A stretch of 64,000 bases of DNA from Paraspadella gotoi (Eukaryota; Animalia; Chaetognatha). Location: contig CM119265.1 in assembly GCA_051294375.1 (NCBI GenBank), forward strand, positions 28,090,182 through 28,154,181, given 5' to 3'. Within the stretch, counting starts at the first letter, position 1. Each line of letters starts with the position of its first letter. Made by a program: the position numbers and the translations under genes. The notes beneath the pieces are model-generated. The model ran no database searches, was not told where the DNA came from, and saw only the letters and a list, made by a program, of their open reading frames with translations. Positions 11,903 through 24,295 of this stretch are shown piece by piece.

Positions 11903-12760
11903 TTTATCTTCCTTGCCCTTTCTGCCCAGGTACCGTCTACCGCTTTCCCATAACTCTGCCATCTCTTGCCCAAAGACGGGCTTGCCTTCTCTTTTCCATA
12001 CCCTGTGCCCTTTGCAAGTACAAAGGTAATCTATTCTTCCACCATCCATGTTCTTTCTTTATTTTTTTTTTTTTTTATCTTATTCCCTCTCCTATAGAAT
12101 TGGTAAAAAAAAATAGAACAAATATCATTCATTTTTAATAAATAATCTATTTTGGACCCTGACTTTGGACAGGCTATGGTGTGTTAAATCTCTATCACTC
12201 TTACAGATTATGACATCAGCAGGTCCCTGCAAGCTTTCAATCCAAGACTCTCTCACAGTCTCATTTATTCACTCCACGAGTACACTGGCTTCCCTATTAA
12301 GAAGTAGTATTATATTTTAAGTGAATTTTAAATAGCAAGAAAAAAACCACTATTACACTATCTTACAATTATAGATACTAGAAGGTGGATATTTTATTGT
12401 TAATCCAGAAAATAGTTTTTCAACCCGACTCTCAGCAACCCTTCCTTCCCCTTTCTGTTCTTTTCTTTCCCTTTTATCTAATTATCCTCTCCCTTTATTC
12501 CTATCTCCTTTCCCATTTTCCTATTAACCTCCTTTTCTACTTCCTTTTTGCTATAATCCTGCTGTCCTATATCGGCCTCTTTTCTATTACTCCTTGAATT
12601 CATTAATCTCGTCCCTTTCGCCTTATTGCATCAGATTTCCATTTTTCCCGCATGAATCATAATCTTCCCTTTTTCCTATTAATCCTGTCCCTCCTTTTTT
12701 CCTAACAGAAGTCCTCTCCTCTTGCTTTTTCCTAATTATCCTATCCCACCTTTTCTATTG
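11903..12760 (-). repeat. Inverted, noisy duplicate of ~600-1510
   Basis: Reverse complement of GAACATGGATGTGGAAGAATAGATTACC..., the 200-bp module and the 22-bp minisatellite. Begins immediately after a 25-N gap. Confidence 0.85.
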
Positions 12761-14483
12761 AATCGACCCTGGTCATGTTGTATTTCTAATTCATCTCATG
12801 ACCGTTTAGGAATTATTTCTTTCTCCAGTGTGTCGTCCTTCTCCTGCCTAAGGTCCCTTTTATCCTCGAATAACCGGAAAAAGGAAGAAGAGACTAGTGG
12901 ACCCCCGCGACGTGGTTGCACCCTGATTTTGTGGAAGACGGTGAATTAATCTCACTCCCTGTTGCGCGGCCTGATAATCCGGTGCCCCGCCCCTGTAGTG
13001 TCTGTATTGCACCCGCCTAGCAGGCGGCGGCGGCGCAAGTGAGGCGGTCCCAACGTGCACCTGCCGCCCTTCCTGGCCCGGCGCTACTCCGCTCTCGTTT
13101 CAAACACACGACGCACAACCTTACCAAAATCAGCAACAAACCAACAACTAAGCGTTCGTACCTGAACGCTAAACGCACAAAACAGTTGTAATTTCGCTGA
13201 TGTTGGCTCTTTAAGATTGTGATGGTCTTTATGATCGCTCTGCGCCTTCTACAAAGTTTGTTTGTCTGTGGCGGAGGCGTAAAGTGTTGTTCTTGTTGTT
13301 TGTTGTTGTTGTTCTGTATAATATTCTTGTTATTTTGTTGTTTCTTGTTGTTGTTTTGTTTCATGATTTTGTTAACTTCATTGTAATTTAGTTTATTGTT
13401 GTTTTTGTTATTTAAATAGTGTCGTTTTGTATTTTGTAATGTACAGAATATAAATATTATATTATTTTTGTTCTTTTGGTTTGCTCTTTTTCGAAACAAA
13501 GTAAAGATAATTCATCATTAGTACCATGTTTTATTGTGATTTTGTGTTGGTGTCTTGGTATGTAGTCGAAAATCTTATAAGACTTCGTGTAAATATAAAA
13601 AAAAAGTTGTTCCGTCCCCACACGAGTATAATAAAAACAATTTTCGTTGTTTTTCTTCCGGTCCGTATCCCGACGAGTAAAGCTAAGACGAAAATCAACC
13701 TGTACTACCTTACAGTTATTTCCTCTTTAAACCCGAAGTGAACGGCGAATCCAACTTTCTTATTCGATTGTCCTAATTATTTGAAATAATGGCTGAACTC
13801 AGATTTTCCGGCCTTTAAATTTCGAATAATTTAATTTTTTGAAGTTTTCTAACAGAAATTGTTAAAGATTGTTATGCCAACGAATTTGAATGTACCAATT
13901 ATAATTTGTTTATCGACTTGTTGTTGTATCTTTGTTAATTTTTCTTTACTAAGTCGCATCAGTGAGCTTTACAGTATATTGAACTTTATCACTAGGTTCC
14001 CTTTCGGTCATTTAAATCCTAAATCTTTCATTTCTTTCACCAATATTCTCCTCTCTCGCTCTCCTCTCATCGTCTCTCTCTCGCTCTCTCTTCTCTCTCG
14101 TCTCTCTCTCTCCTCTCTCCTTCTTCCTCTCTCCCCATCCCAGATCCACGAATGCATCCAGCCGCCAACTCAAAGCCCGACGTTCGACCATCTTACGAAC
14201 GAAGTACGTGCCACCGCCCCCGCCACGCGCTCAGCGCCGCTAATGACGACGGTTGTACGCGCCGGTCATCGCCGGAAATCGTCTTGCGTCGCCGCCGTCC
14301 GTCAGGTGGGAGACGGTAATCGAGGGGGGGGCTTGGTCTTGGTAGAAAACCGACATTATGGGTCTGACAATTCGGAGAATAAAAAAACGATTTTGTAAAT
14401 GTTACATTGTGTGACATGTCTTTATGAATTTATGAGTACAAATGTATATATATTGTTTAGCTTAAAACAAAATAAAAGATTGA

Positions 14484-14555
14484 CGGCTCGTCCGGGATCG
14501 AACCCGGGGCCTCTCGCACCGAAGCGAGAAATCATACCTCTAGACCAACGAAGCC
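14484..14555 (-). tRNA. tRNA-Pro(CGG), noisy copy
   Basis: tRNA-Pro body with the same flanks as 10054-10125. Confidence 0.75.
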
Positions 14556-15094
14556 ATCTGATGGATTCAATGAAATTTATGCAACAAATATAAGGAAGTA
14601 AATCGTCAGTTAATATAAATAATCTTTTTTGTTTGAAGTTGGACTGGTTATGGTTGTTTCAGCCTTACTCTTACAGATAATATTAATATAGGGAATTAAG
14701 CGGAGGGTCTTTTCATACAATAGTAACATTCTTTTAAACTTTATTACCAACTTTATTTGATAGGGAAGCCAGGGTACTCTGAGAGGAATAAAAACGAGAT
14801 GTGAGAGAGTCTTGATTGAAAGCTTGCAGGGACCTGTAAGAGTAATAGGGCCTTAAACCACCAAAGAATTTCCAAATGCAGGGGCAAGATAGCCCTTTTT
14901 GTTTATTAAATGAATGAGTAATTTTTACATTTGTTGTACCAATTTCATAAGTAACCTGCGTTGAAAATCTTTCAATCAAGATTCTCTCACTGTTTTTAGT
15001 GAGTTAACTGCCAGATCCAACTCTGTGGATGAAGTTGCATAGTATTGTTAAAGTGATTAAACGCATATTGTCGCATTGATTTTAAAAAAAGTAT

Positions 15095-15166
15095 GGGCCC
15101 GTCCGGGAGTCGAACCCGGGACCTCTCGCACCCAAAGCGAGAATCATACCGCTAGACCAACGAGCC
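15095..15166 (-). tRNA. tRNA-Pro(TGG), intact 72 nt
   Basis: GGCTCGTTGGTCTAGCGGTATGATTCTCGCTTTGGGTGCGAGAGGTCCCGGGTTCGACTCCCGGACGGGCCC, followed within a few bases by T7 on the - strand. Confidence 0.95.
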
Positions 15167-15240
15167 GTTACATAAGTTCATACATAATTACATTTATTAA
15201 TTTTTTTCTGCGATGTATTGCTTTCTGAGCTTTTTTTTTT

Positions 15241-15285
<45 letters not shown>

Positions 15286-15320
15286 TCTCTCCTCTCTCTC
15301 TCTTCCTCCTCTCTTTCCAG

Positions 15321-16331
15321 CGGCGACGGACAACTGGTCGAGCGAAGAGGCCGATCTATATTCGATCGACAGCGACGACTTCAGCGTTGATTTACTTTTT
15401 TTGGACAAAAGAGCATCAGGGTATTTGGAGGAAGAAAAAAGGGCATCATGGCATTTGGATGAGGATAAAAAGGTGTCACCTCATTTGGATGTCAGCAGAA
15501 GGGCATCACGGCATTCACAAGTCAGTAGAAAAGCATCACGGCATTCACAAGTTGAAAAAAGGGCATCGCGGCATTTTCAGGAAGAGAAAAGGGCATCGCG
15601 GGATCTGGAAGAAGACGATACTTCATCTGAAATTTGTGAAGAAGATAAAAGAACATCTATGGATAAATCTCGTGGATCTTGTGATAAATTTCGTGATAAA
15701 TCTCGTGATAGATCTTCAACTCGATCTTTGAATCGAAAACGATCGAGGATCGAACAGAAGAAGAGGAAGAGGAAGAGAAGTAGGAAGAAGACGATGGACA
15801 TGGCGGTCGAGGCGGATCTTGGGGCGGAGAAGGAGAAGGGGAGGAAAGAGGAAGTAGAGGAGGAGGAGAAGGGGAGGAAGGAGGAAGGCGAGAAGGAGGA
15901 GGAGAAACGGAATACCGAAGGAGTGGAAGAGGAAGTGAGAGAACAGGGAGGTGTGGAAATGAATCCGGGAAAGATGGAGAATGGTTTGACGATTGAAATT
16001 GAATCGAATGTCGAAGGGAGAGACAATTCGATCAAGGATACGAACGTAAAAAACAAATCTAGTGAAAAACGAATAAATAAAGAACATAAATGTAAAACTG
16101 CTCATGATAATATAAAAAACAAAAACTACGACGTTCGAAATAAAAGAGGTGCGTCGATGACATTGAGGGACGATAAAAACATCGAGAAAATCGGAGGAAA
16201 AGACAAAGGGCGGGAAATTCGAGAGAAGAAAAGAGGAGAATCGTTCGACGAACAAAGATGGAGAATTTTGGGTGAAGAAGCGAAGTTGAGGAAAATGAGG
16301 GGACGAACGTCGGACGAAAAAAACGAAACAC
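15321..16331 (+). CDS. Exon 3 of the predicted host gene: ~337 aa charged low-complexity region with decapeptide repeats (EKRASRHxxE)
   Basis: About 1 kb open frame (core of the 404 aa ORF) bounded by a (CT)n-TTCCAG acceptor and a C|GTGGGA donor. Copies A and C read CAG|GCAGCGACG, phase 0, matching exon 2. Confidence 0.7.
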
Positions 16332-16339
16332 GTGGGATT

Positions 16340-16375
<36 letters not shown>

Positions 16376-16558
16376 NNNNNNNNNNNNNNNNNNNNNNNNN
16401 TCACATTACAATCCAACACAACAATCAATTAATTATTAATTGATTAATCAATCAATCCAATCAATCAAATGATTGATAATAGATCATTCAATCAATCAAT
16501 CGAATTAATGAATATAATCGTTTAATCGATCAATCAATCAATAATCACCTTTTTTCAG

Positions 16559-16678
16559 CGTCTCGCAAAACCAGCGCCTCCTCCATCCGAAGCGAACGAC
16601 GAGGAAGCAAAATGCGTCGAACAGCCAAAGAATTTTCGGGGAATTTCGTACACATTCCAGGGGGAGGGAGAGAGAGAG

Positions 16679-16718
<40 letters not shown>

Positions 16719-17033
16719 GAAAGGAAAATCTTGCCCAATTTCTCTCTCATCAACTCGGACAGAAAAATCTCCGTCTTGGCAAAATCCTTGGAAATCGCTC
16801 CTCAGTCACGGAGACGATCCCTCACTGGTTCACGCCTCGACCCAGCTGGACGCTTTTGGTCCGGAGACAGGTGCCGGACAGGTGCCGACAGTGCCGACGA
16901 CATCTCCGCCGTTCCATCGTCGTGTTGAGAGAGTTTTTCATCGAGTTTTGAACTTCGCCTTTTGGAAGAAGAAGAAGAGGAAGAAAGAGGGAGGAAGAGA
17001 GGGAAGGGAAGTTCAGACCGAGGCTGGAAGTAG
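16559..17033 (+). CDS. Exon 4 of the predicted host gene (SRKTSASSIRSERRGSK...EVQTEAGS)
   Basis: TTTTTTCAG acceptor, phase 1 start matching the exon 3 end, canonical AG|GTAAGT donor. Needs one indel correction near 16612. Confidence 0.55.
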
Positions 17034-17169
17034 GTAAGTGATTGTTTGGAGGTGAGGGTCGGATTTGGTATATATAACGCGGGATGGTTGAGTGTGTTGT
17101 GGGGAACAAATAGAATTTGTTTGTACTTCACTTCGTTTTACTTTTTACTGATGGTAAAAATAATATTAA

Positions 17170-17236
17170 GGGCTCGTCCGGGAATGAACCGGACCTTCGC
17201 ACCCTAAGCGAGAATCATCCTCTAGACCAACGAACT
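17170..17236 (-). tRNA. tRNA-Pro(AGG), noisy copy
   Basis: CGCACCCTAAGCGAGAATCA on + within a tRNA-Pro body carrying deletions. Confidence 0.7.
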
Positions 17237-17249
17237 TTTCTTCCTTCAG

Positions 17250-17391
17250 GTTCATCACCTACCATCCGACCAAGAGACTCGCTGACGAAGAAGACGACAC
17301 GACGATGACGACGAAGAGAAAAACGAATTTTAAATGACAACACAACAACGACAACAACGACGCCATTTTAGACAAAGAGTTGAAAGTTCAG
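17250..17391 (+). CDS. Exon 5 of the predicted host gene (FITYHPTKRLADEEDD...ELKVQ)
   Basis: TTCCTTCAG acceptor, phase 2 start matching exon 4. Weak donor CAG|GTTATA. Internal indels differ between copies. Confidence 0.5.
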
Positions 17392-17652
17392 GTTATAATA
17401 AAAAACACTTTTTGTAAATTTGTGGTTGAAATTTATTTAAGCTGATCAGTATTTTATAATAAAATGTAAAATAAACGTGGAAACTTGGTGGACACAATTG
17501 ATTTGTATTAAAATATTTACAATTATTTACACGAAACAAACGACGAGAAAAAATGTCAAAAATTCATCAGCGAAGAAAAAGACGAAAAGAAAAAGATGAA
17601 GAAATCTGGAAAAAACATCGAAGATTTCAGAAAAAGTAAAATAATTTAAACT

Positions 17653-17723
17653 GGGCTCGTCCGGGAGTCGAACCGGGACCTCTCGCACCCGAAGGGAGAA
17701 TCATACCACTAGACCAACGAGCC
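17653..17723 (-). tRNA. tRNA-Pro(CGG) variant with C30-C40 anticodon-stem mismatch
   Basis: The - strand reads GGCTCGTTGGTCTAGTGGTATGATT-CTCCC-TTCGGGT-GCGAG-AGGTCCCGGTTCGACTCCCGGACGAGCCC. Confidence 0.8.
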
Positions 17724-17768
17724 AGAGTTAGAGGAAGAGGCTGACTTATTTTCTCCTCCTCTCTCTCT

Positions 17769-17809
<41 letters not shown>

Positions 17810-17813
17810 CCAG

Positions 17814-18075
17814 GACGCAGTCTCCCTCCTTCTTTCGCTTCTTCCTTCAATTCATCCACGAAGAAGATTTTTCCCAAATGCGATCTGCGTTTGCATCGGA
17901 ATGCGATCAGAGACGCCGAATGCGAGCGAAGGAGCAAAGGAAGATGCGAGCAAAGACGGTGGAGAGGCGACGAGGGTGGTGAGAGACTGACGACAACGAC
18001 GACGACAACAACAACACGACGACGACGACGAAAAAAACGAAAATTGGAAATGCTTCATGTGAGAGAAGATAAATG
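17814..18075 (+). CDS. Exon 6 of the predicted host gene (copy B)
   Basis: (CT)n-CCCAG acceptor and G|GTAGGT donor. A cleaner copy is at 24951-25205. Confidence 0.5.
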
Positions 18076-18253
18076 GTAGGTTGAAAAAAAAGAGGAAAGA
18101 AAGAAAAGAAAAAGAAAGAAGAAAGAAAGAAAGAAGAAAGAAGAAAAAAAGAAGGAAAACGAAACGAAAACAAATAACGAAAAAACAAAGATAGAAAAAA
18201 AGAAAAAGAAAAAAAAAAAAACAATCAAAATTATATAAACTACCAATCCCTAG

Positions 18254-18273
18254 CACGATCGAGCAAAAACTAA
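18254..18273 (+). CDS. Candidate terminal exon 7 (ARSSKN-stop)
   Basis: CCCTAG acceptor, phase 1 matching exon 6, TAA stop, then AT-rich sequence with AATAAA. Short, so support is weak. Confidence 0.35.
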
Positions 18274-21267
18274 CCTATTAACTTAATGATAATTATAATT
18301 TATTATTAAAATAATAAATTAAACTAATAATAAATTAATAATTAATAATATTTATTAATTAATAATTAATAATATATCTTAACTTATTTAATAAAATCAT
18401 TTATAATTTAAAAAATCCTCTCTCTAGGGGGGGTTTGAAATTTATTTAAGCTTGTACGTATTTTTATAATAAAATGTAAAATAAACGTGGAAACTGGGTG
18501 GACAATTGATTGTATTAAATTATTTAACTATTATTTACAGAAACAAATCGACGAGAAAAATGTCAAAAANNNNNNNNNNNNNNNNNNNNNNNNNATCGTA
18601 GAAGCATATTTAATCGTAAACTATAAATAATAAAAATGAACGGGAAATAGATAATAATCATTATTTAGCATTTTATAAATTATTTTTGCCATTTAGTGCA
18701 AAATATTTATTAAGTGCCGCCGTAGTAACAGTTCTCGTTAAGCCCTTAAAAATGATATTTACATATATTAGGCGGCGAGCCACTGGTTCTTTTTGTATTC
18801 TTCCTCCTCTCATCTCTCTAATTCCGTTCACCCCCTTTCATGCCTATCTTTCCCCTCTTTACTTTCTTTTTCTTCGCCTCTCTCTATATTGTCTCCCTCG
18901 TCTTTTACCTAACCATATACAATCTTCACTCTTCTCTCTCTTCCTCTGTATATCTCTCTGTCTCTCTCTCTCTCTCTCTTTTTTTCCTCATTTCTCCCGT
19001 TGACGCCATTCTCGGCGTCAGATATTTCTTTCTATCTTCCTCGCCATCAAAACACGAAGATTTCTTTCTCCCATTAATTCACCGCCCAGCGTAAGAGAGG
19101 GAAGGGACGGACTGGACCGACCGACGGACGGACGGCACGGACGGACGGAACCGACCGACCCGACCGACCGACGGACGAGAACCGAGCGACGGACGGACGG
19201 TACCAACGATCGGCCAAATGCTCACCCCATTTTCCTTCCTAATTCATTTTTTTAAACGCGTCACAATTTTTTAGTCGTTTCTAATGTCATTTTAATGAAC
19301 TTCTGTCTCTCTTCAATTTTGCCTTTATCTCTTGTCCTCAATAATCACTCAGTTGAAGAAACTTTTTGTCAGTTTTCTTCTAAAATTTCTTCTGAAAATT
19401 TTAAATTGAGAAATCAAATAGACAAGAAAAAAAAATAGGAAAATAAAATTCTCTCTCTTCGAATCTTTCTAGTGATAAAAATCTTATACTAGCGATTGAT
19501 AACTTTTTTAAAAAGTTGTTTTTATCAGCTTCGAATTTAATCAATGAGCGCCACCGACAAGTATTTCTCAAGAAGCAAAAAAAACAATAATAATCTGCTG
19601 AATTTCGTTATCTGTTTTTTTTTAACAATGATTCACTACGAAAACTGTACTTCGAAATGTATAATTAGTTAGTAAAAAAAAAAAATAATATTTAAGAAAC
19701 AATACTTTTTTAAAAAATACAGTCATGTTGCAGTTTAAATGCGGAGGAAAACTCGTCGTTCATCGTACGTGATCGTTCGTCGCTTTCTCTCCGCCGAAAA
19801 TCCTCGCTCGCTCCGGCTCCGCCGGAGAGAACGCAGCGAGCGAAATCGGCGGCCGATGAATTCCATCTCGCCGCGAAAACGTCGCTTTCGCCGGATTTCG
19901 ATGACGGAGCGATTTCGTCGTCGCTCTCTGCCGGACGAAACTCCGGCACAAAAGGAAGAAGAGACGAAATCGCGGACGGCGGGTGATGGTGAAGACCCGG
20001 AGCAAGGCGGCGGGCGGCGGATGGAGGCGGCGGAGCAGGCGCGGCGGCAGGCGATGCGGCGGAAAGGAGGCGGCAGGCGGACACGCGCAAGGAGGCGGAA
20101 GCGCTCTCTCGCATGTCTTCGCAAAACAACGAACGACAACCACCAAAATCAGAACAAACAAACAACGAAGCGCCATCTCGAACTAAAGACAAAAACAAAA
20201 TTTCGTGATTTTTCTTCCTTGATTTTGATTCTAATCCGTTCGGTTTAGCGTCGGAGGCACGTAAAGGTTGTCTTCGTTTTTTTGTTGTGGTTGCTTCTTG
20301 TATCTATTTCTGTTTTTTGAGTTGTTCATTCGTTGTTGTTTTGTTTATGATTTGTTAAAACGAACTCTCCACAATTTTTTTGAGTTATTAATTTTGTTTA
20401 TGTTTTTTTTAAAAGTCGTTTTTATTCTTGTAATTACAGAAAATTAAAATTATTTTTTCCTTTGGTTTCCTTTCGAAACCAAGAAAGATCTATAATCATC
20501 ATTTTAATTTTTTTTGCTTAATCGAAAATCTATAAAATTCCAAAAAAAAAAGCTTTTTCCCACAAGAAAAAAAAATATTCCACTGATTCTACGGAAAAGG
20601 CCGACAACTTTTACGATTAATTTTTAATTCGTTCAACAGAAATCAAAGATGCGAATCCACGAATAAGTAGAAATTCACATATAATTTGTTTCGACTTGTT
20701 TTATCTGTTAATTTATAGTCGTTTACTAAGTCGCATCAGTGAGCCTTTTCAGATGTTTATTGAACTTCTTTCCTTTTCGTCATTAAATCCTATTAAATTC
20801 GTTCATATGCTCTCCCCCAATTCTCCTTCTCTCCTCTCTTCTTCTCTCTCTGCTCTCTCTCTCTCTCTCCCTTCTGCTCTCTCCTCCATCTCCAGATCCA
20901 CGAATGCATCCAGCGCCAACTCAAAGCCGATCGTTCGACATCTTAACGATACGAAAGTGAAGTGACGTTGCCACGCCCCCGCCTACGCGCTCAGCGCCGC
21001 TATTTTGACGACGGCTTTAATGCACGCGCCGGTCATCGCCGGAAATCTAGTCCTTGCGCTTCGCCGCCGTCCGTCAGTGGAGACGGCTAATCGAGGGGGG
21101 GGCTTGTTGGCTAGAAAAACCGGACATTATGTGCGGTCTGACATTCGGCAGAATATAAAAAACCGATTTTTGAAATGTTACATTGTGACATTCGTCTTTA
21201 TGTGAAATTATGAGTACAAATCGATATATATATTGTTTAGCTTTAAAACAAAAATACAAAGATTTGA

Positions 21268-21343
21268 GGGCTCGTCCGGGATATCGAACTCGGGGCCTCT
21301 CGCACCCGAAGTCGAGAATCTCACTCTAGAAACCAACGAAGCC
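21268..21343 (-). tRNA. tRNA-Pro(CGG), very noisy copy
   Basis: tRNA-Pro body with insertions; positional homolog. Confidence 0.6.
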
Positions 21344-21932
21344 ATCTGACGTGGATTCAAATGAAATTTATGCAACAAACTATTAGACAGTAAATCGTCA
21401 TGTTAATATAAAAATAATCTTTATTTGTTTGAAGTTTGCGACTGGTGTATGCCGTTGATTTCAGGCGCTTACTACTTACAGTATAATATTAAGTATAGGG
21501 ATATATAAAGGATCGGTCTTTATTCAGTACAATAAGTAACATTCTTTTAAAACTTGACAACTATACCCAATTTATTGATTAGGGAAGCCAGCTGGGTACT
21601 TCTGAGAGTGAATAAACGAGATTGTTGAGAGAGTCTATGTATTGAAAGCTTGCAGGGACTGTAAGAGCTAATAGGCGGCCTTAAACACCAAAGGAGATTT
21701 CCAAAGTCAGGCGGCAAAGATTAGCTTGTTTATTTAAATGATAAAATGAAGTAATTTATACATTATGTGTACAATTCATAAGTAACTGCGTTGAAAATCT
21801 ATTCAATCAAGATTCTCTTCACATGTTTTAGTGAGTTAAACTCCAGATCCAACTTGTGGAGATGAAGTTGCATAGTATTGTTAAGTGAAATTTAAACCAT
21901 ATTGTCGCATTGAATGGTTAAAAAAAAGTATT

Positions 21933-22007
21933 GGGCTCGTCCGGCAGTCAACCCGGGACCTCTCGCACCCAAAGCGCGAGAAATCATACGCTAGAACCAA
22001 ACGAGCC
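21933..22007 (-). tRNA. tRNA-Pro(TGG), very noisy copy
   Basis: CACCCAAAGCG on +; positional homolog. Confidence 0.6.
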
Positions 22008-22084
22008 GTACTTACAATAAGCTTCATACATTCATAATTATAATTTTTTATTCTCGCATTATTGCTTTTCTGAGCCTTTTTTTT

Positions 22085-22120
<36 letters not shown>

Positions 22121-24223
22121 AGGCAGCGACGTACATAATCTGTCTGTGCAGCAAAGAGGCCGATCTATATTCGATTCGACACGAACGTACTTAGAGCCGT
22201 TGATTTTACTTTTTCTTGAGCACAAACCAAGCTAGACATCAGGTATTTGGGAGGAAGAAAATGGCATCATGGCATTTGGCATGAGGATAAAAACCTGGTG
22301 TCACCTCAATTTTGCGATGTCAGCAGAATGGGCATCACTGCCTTCACAAGTCAGTAGAAAAAGCATCATCAGCATTCACAAGTTGAAAAAGGCGGCATGC
22401 TGCGATTTTCAGAAGAGATAAAAGGCGCCATTCGCGCGGATCCTGGTGAAGAAGACCGATACTTCATCTAAATTGCTTGTGAGAAGATAATAAAAGAGAC
22501 ATCTATGGATAAATCGCCTGTGGATCTTGCTTGATTAAATTCTCGCTGATAATAATCTCGTGATAGATCTTCAACCGATTCTTTAGAATTCGGAAAACAG
22601 ATTGAGGACGAACAGAAGAAGAGGAAGAGGAGAGAAGAGTAGGAAGAAGACGATGGCGACATTTGCGCGCGGTCGAGGGCGGAATCTTGCGGGCGCAGAA
22701 GGTAGAAGGGGAGAAGAGAAGCTAGACGTGTAGGGAGGAGAAGGGCAGGAAGGAGGAGAAGGCGAGAAGGATAAGGAGCGAGAAACGGTAAATAGCGAAG
22801 GAGCTGGAAGAGGAAGCCTGACGAAACAGGGAATGTGTGGATAATAGAATACCCGCGGAAAGATGGAGAAATGGTTTGGACGATTGAAATTTGACACGAA
22901 TGCGAAGTGAGCAGACAATTCGAATCAAGGGATACGAACGTATATAGAAAAAACAAATCTAAATCAGTGAAAAAACGAATAAATAAAGAAACCATAAATG
23001 TAAAATGCTCTCATAGATTAATATAAAAGAACAAAAACTACGACGTGTTCGCAAATAAAAGAGGTGCGGATCGATGACATTGAAGACGATAAAATCATCG
23101 AAGAAAATCGGAGGAAAAGACAAAGGGCGGGGTAAATCTCGATGAGAAGGAAAGCAGGAGAAATCCGTTCGCATATACGAACAAAGATTGGAGAATTTTG
23201 GGTGCAAGAAAGCGAGAAAGTGAGGAAAAATCGACGGGCGACGAACGTGTCGGAACGAAAAAAACTAAACACAGTGCGCGTTAATTCAATCAATCAATCA
23301 ATCAATCATCAAAACAATCAATTCAATAAATCAATCATGCACATCAACCAATTCAATTAATTATTAATTGAATTAATCAATCAATCAATTCAATTGACAT
23401 CACAAACATCGATAGTTTTACATTAGCATCTAATCAATCATCAAATCAATTTGAGATCAATACAATTCAATCTAATCATGAATGATTCGCTTTAATCGAT
23501 CAATCAATACAAGTCAATCACCTTTTTTCTAGCGTTCTCGCCAAAACCAGCGCCTCCCTCCATCCGCAGCGAACGACGAGGAAGCAAAAATCGAGTCGAA
23601 CAGCCAAGCAACTTTTCGGCGGCGATTTACGTTACACATTCCAGGAGAGGGAGGCGACGAGAGAACTGAGAGAGAGAAGAAGAGAGAGCAGAGGAGAGAA
23701 TGATGAAGCATGGAATGCAGAGGAAATGAAAGGAAATCTTGCCCAATTTTCTCTGCTCATCACCTCGGACAGAAAATCTCACGTCTTGGCAAACTATCCT
23801 TGAATCGTCTCCTCAGTCACGGAGACCGACAACTCTCTCACCTGAGTTCACGCCTCCGACACCACTGGACGCCGTTTTGGTCGTCGCGAGACAGGTTGCC
23901 GGGAACAGCGTGCCGGAACATGTGCCGACGACATCTCCCGTATCCAATCGTCCGATGTTGAGAGAGATTTCTTCATTCGAGATTTTTGACTTCGCCTTTT
24001 CGAGAAGAAGAAAGAAGAGAAGAAGAGGGGAAGATGAGAGGAGTGAAGTCTCAACCCGAGGCTGGAAGTAGATGTAAGTAGATTGTTACTGAGTCGTGCA
24101 GGCGTCGCATTTGGCTTATAATATAACGCGTGTGGTTGAGTGTGTTTGGGGTAACAAATAGAATTTGTTTGTACTTACACTTGTACGTTTACTATTTACT
24201 GATGAGTAAAAATAAATACTTAA

Positions 24224-24295
24224 GGGCTCGTCCGGAATGAACCCGCGGACCTATCGCCACCTACAGCGAGGAATCAGTTCCCTAGACAACGAACC
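24224..24295 (-). tRNA. tRNA-Pro(AGG), very noisy copy
   Basis: GGGCTCGTCCGG start; positional homolog of 8949-9018. Confidence 0.5.

Larger units (their letters stand above)
18595..23395 (+). repeat. ~4.8 kb block repeated exactly at 25251-30051 (offset 6656), including its apparent read errors
   Basis: Every ORF-track entry from 18686 to 23360 recurs identically at +6656. Both copies start just after a 25-N gap. Confidence 0.95.
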
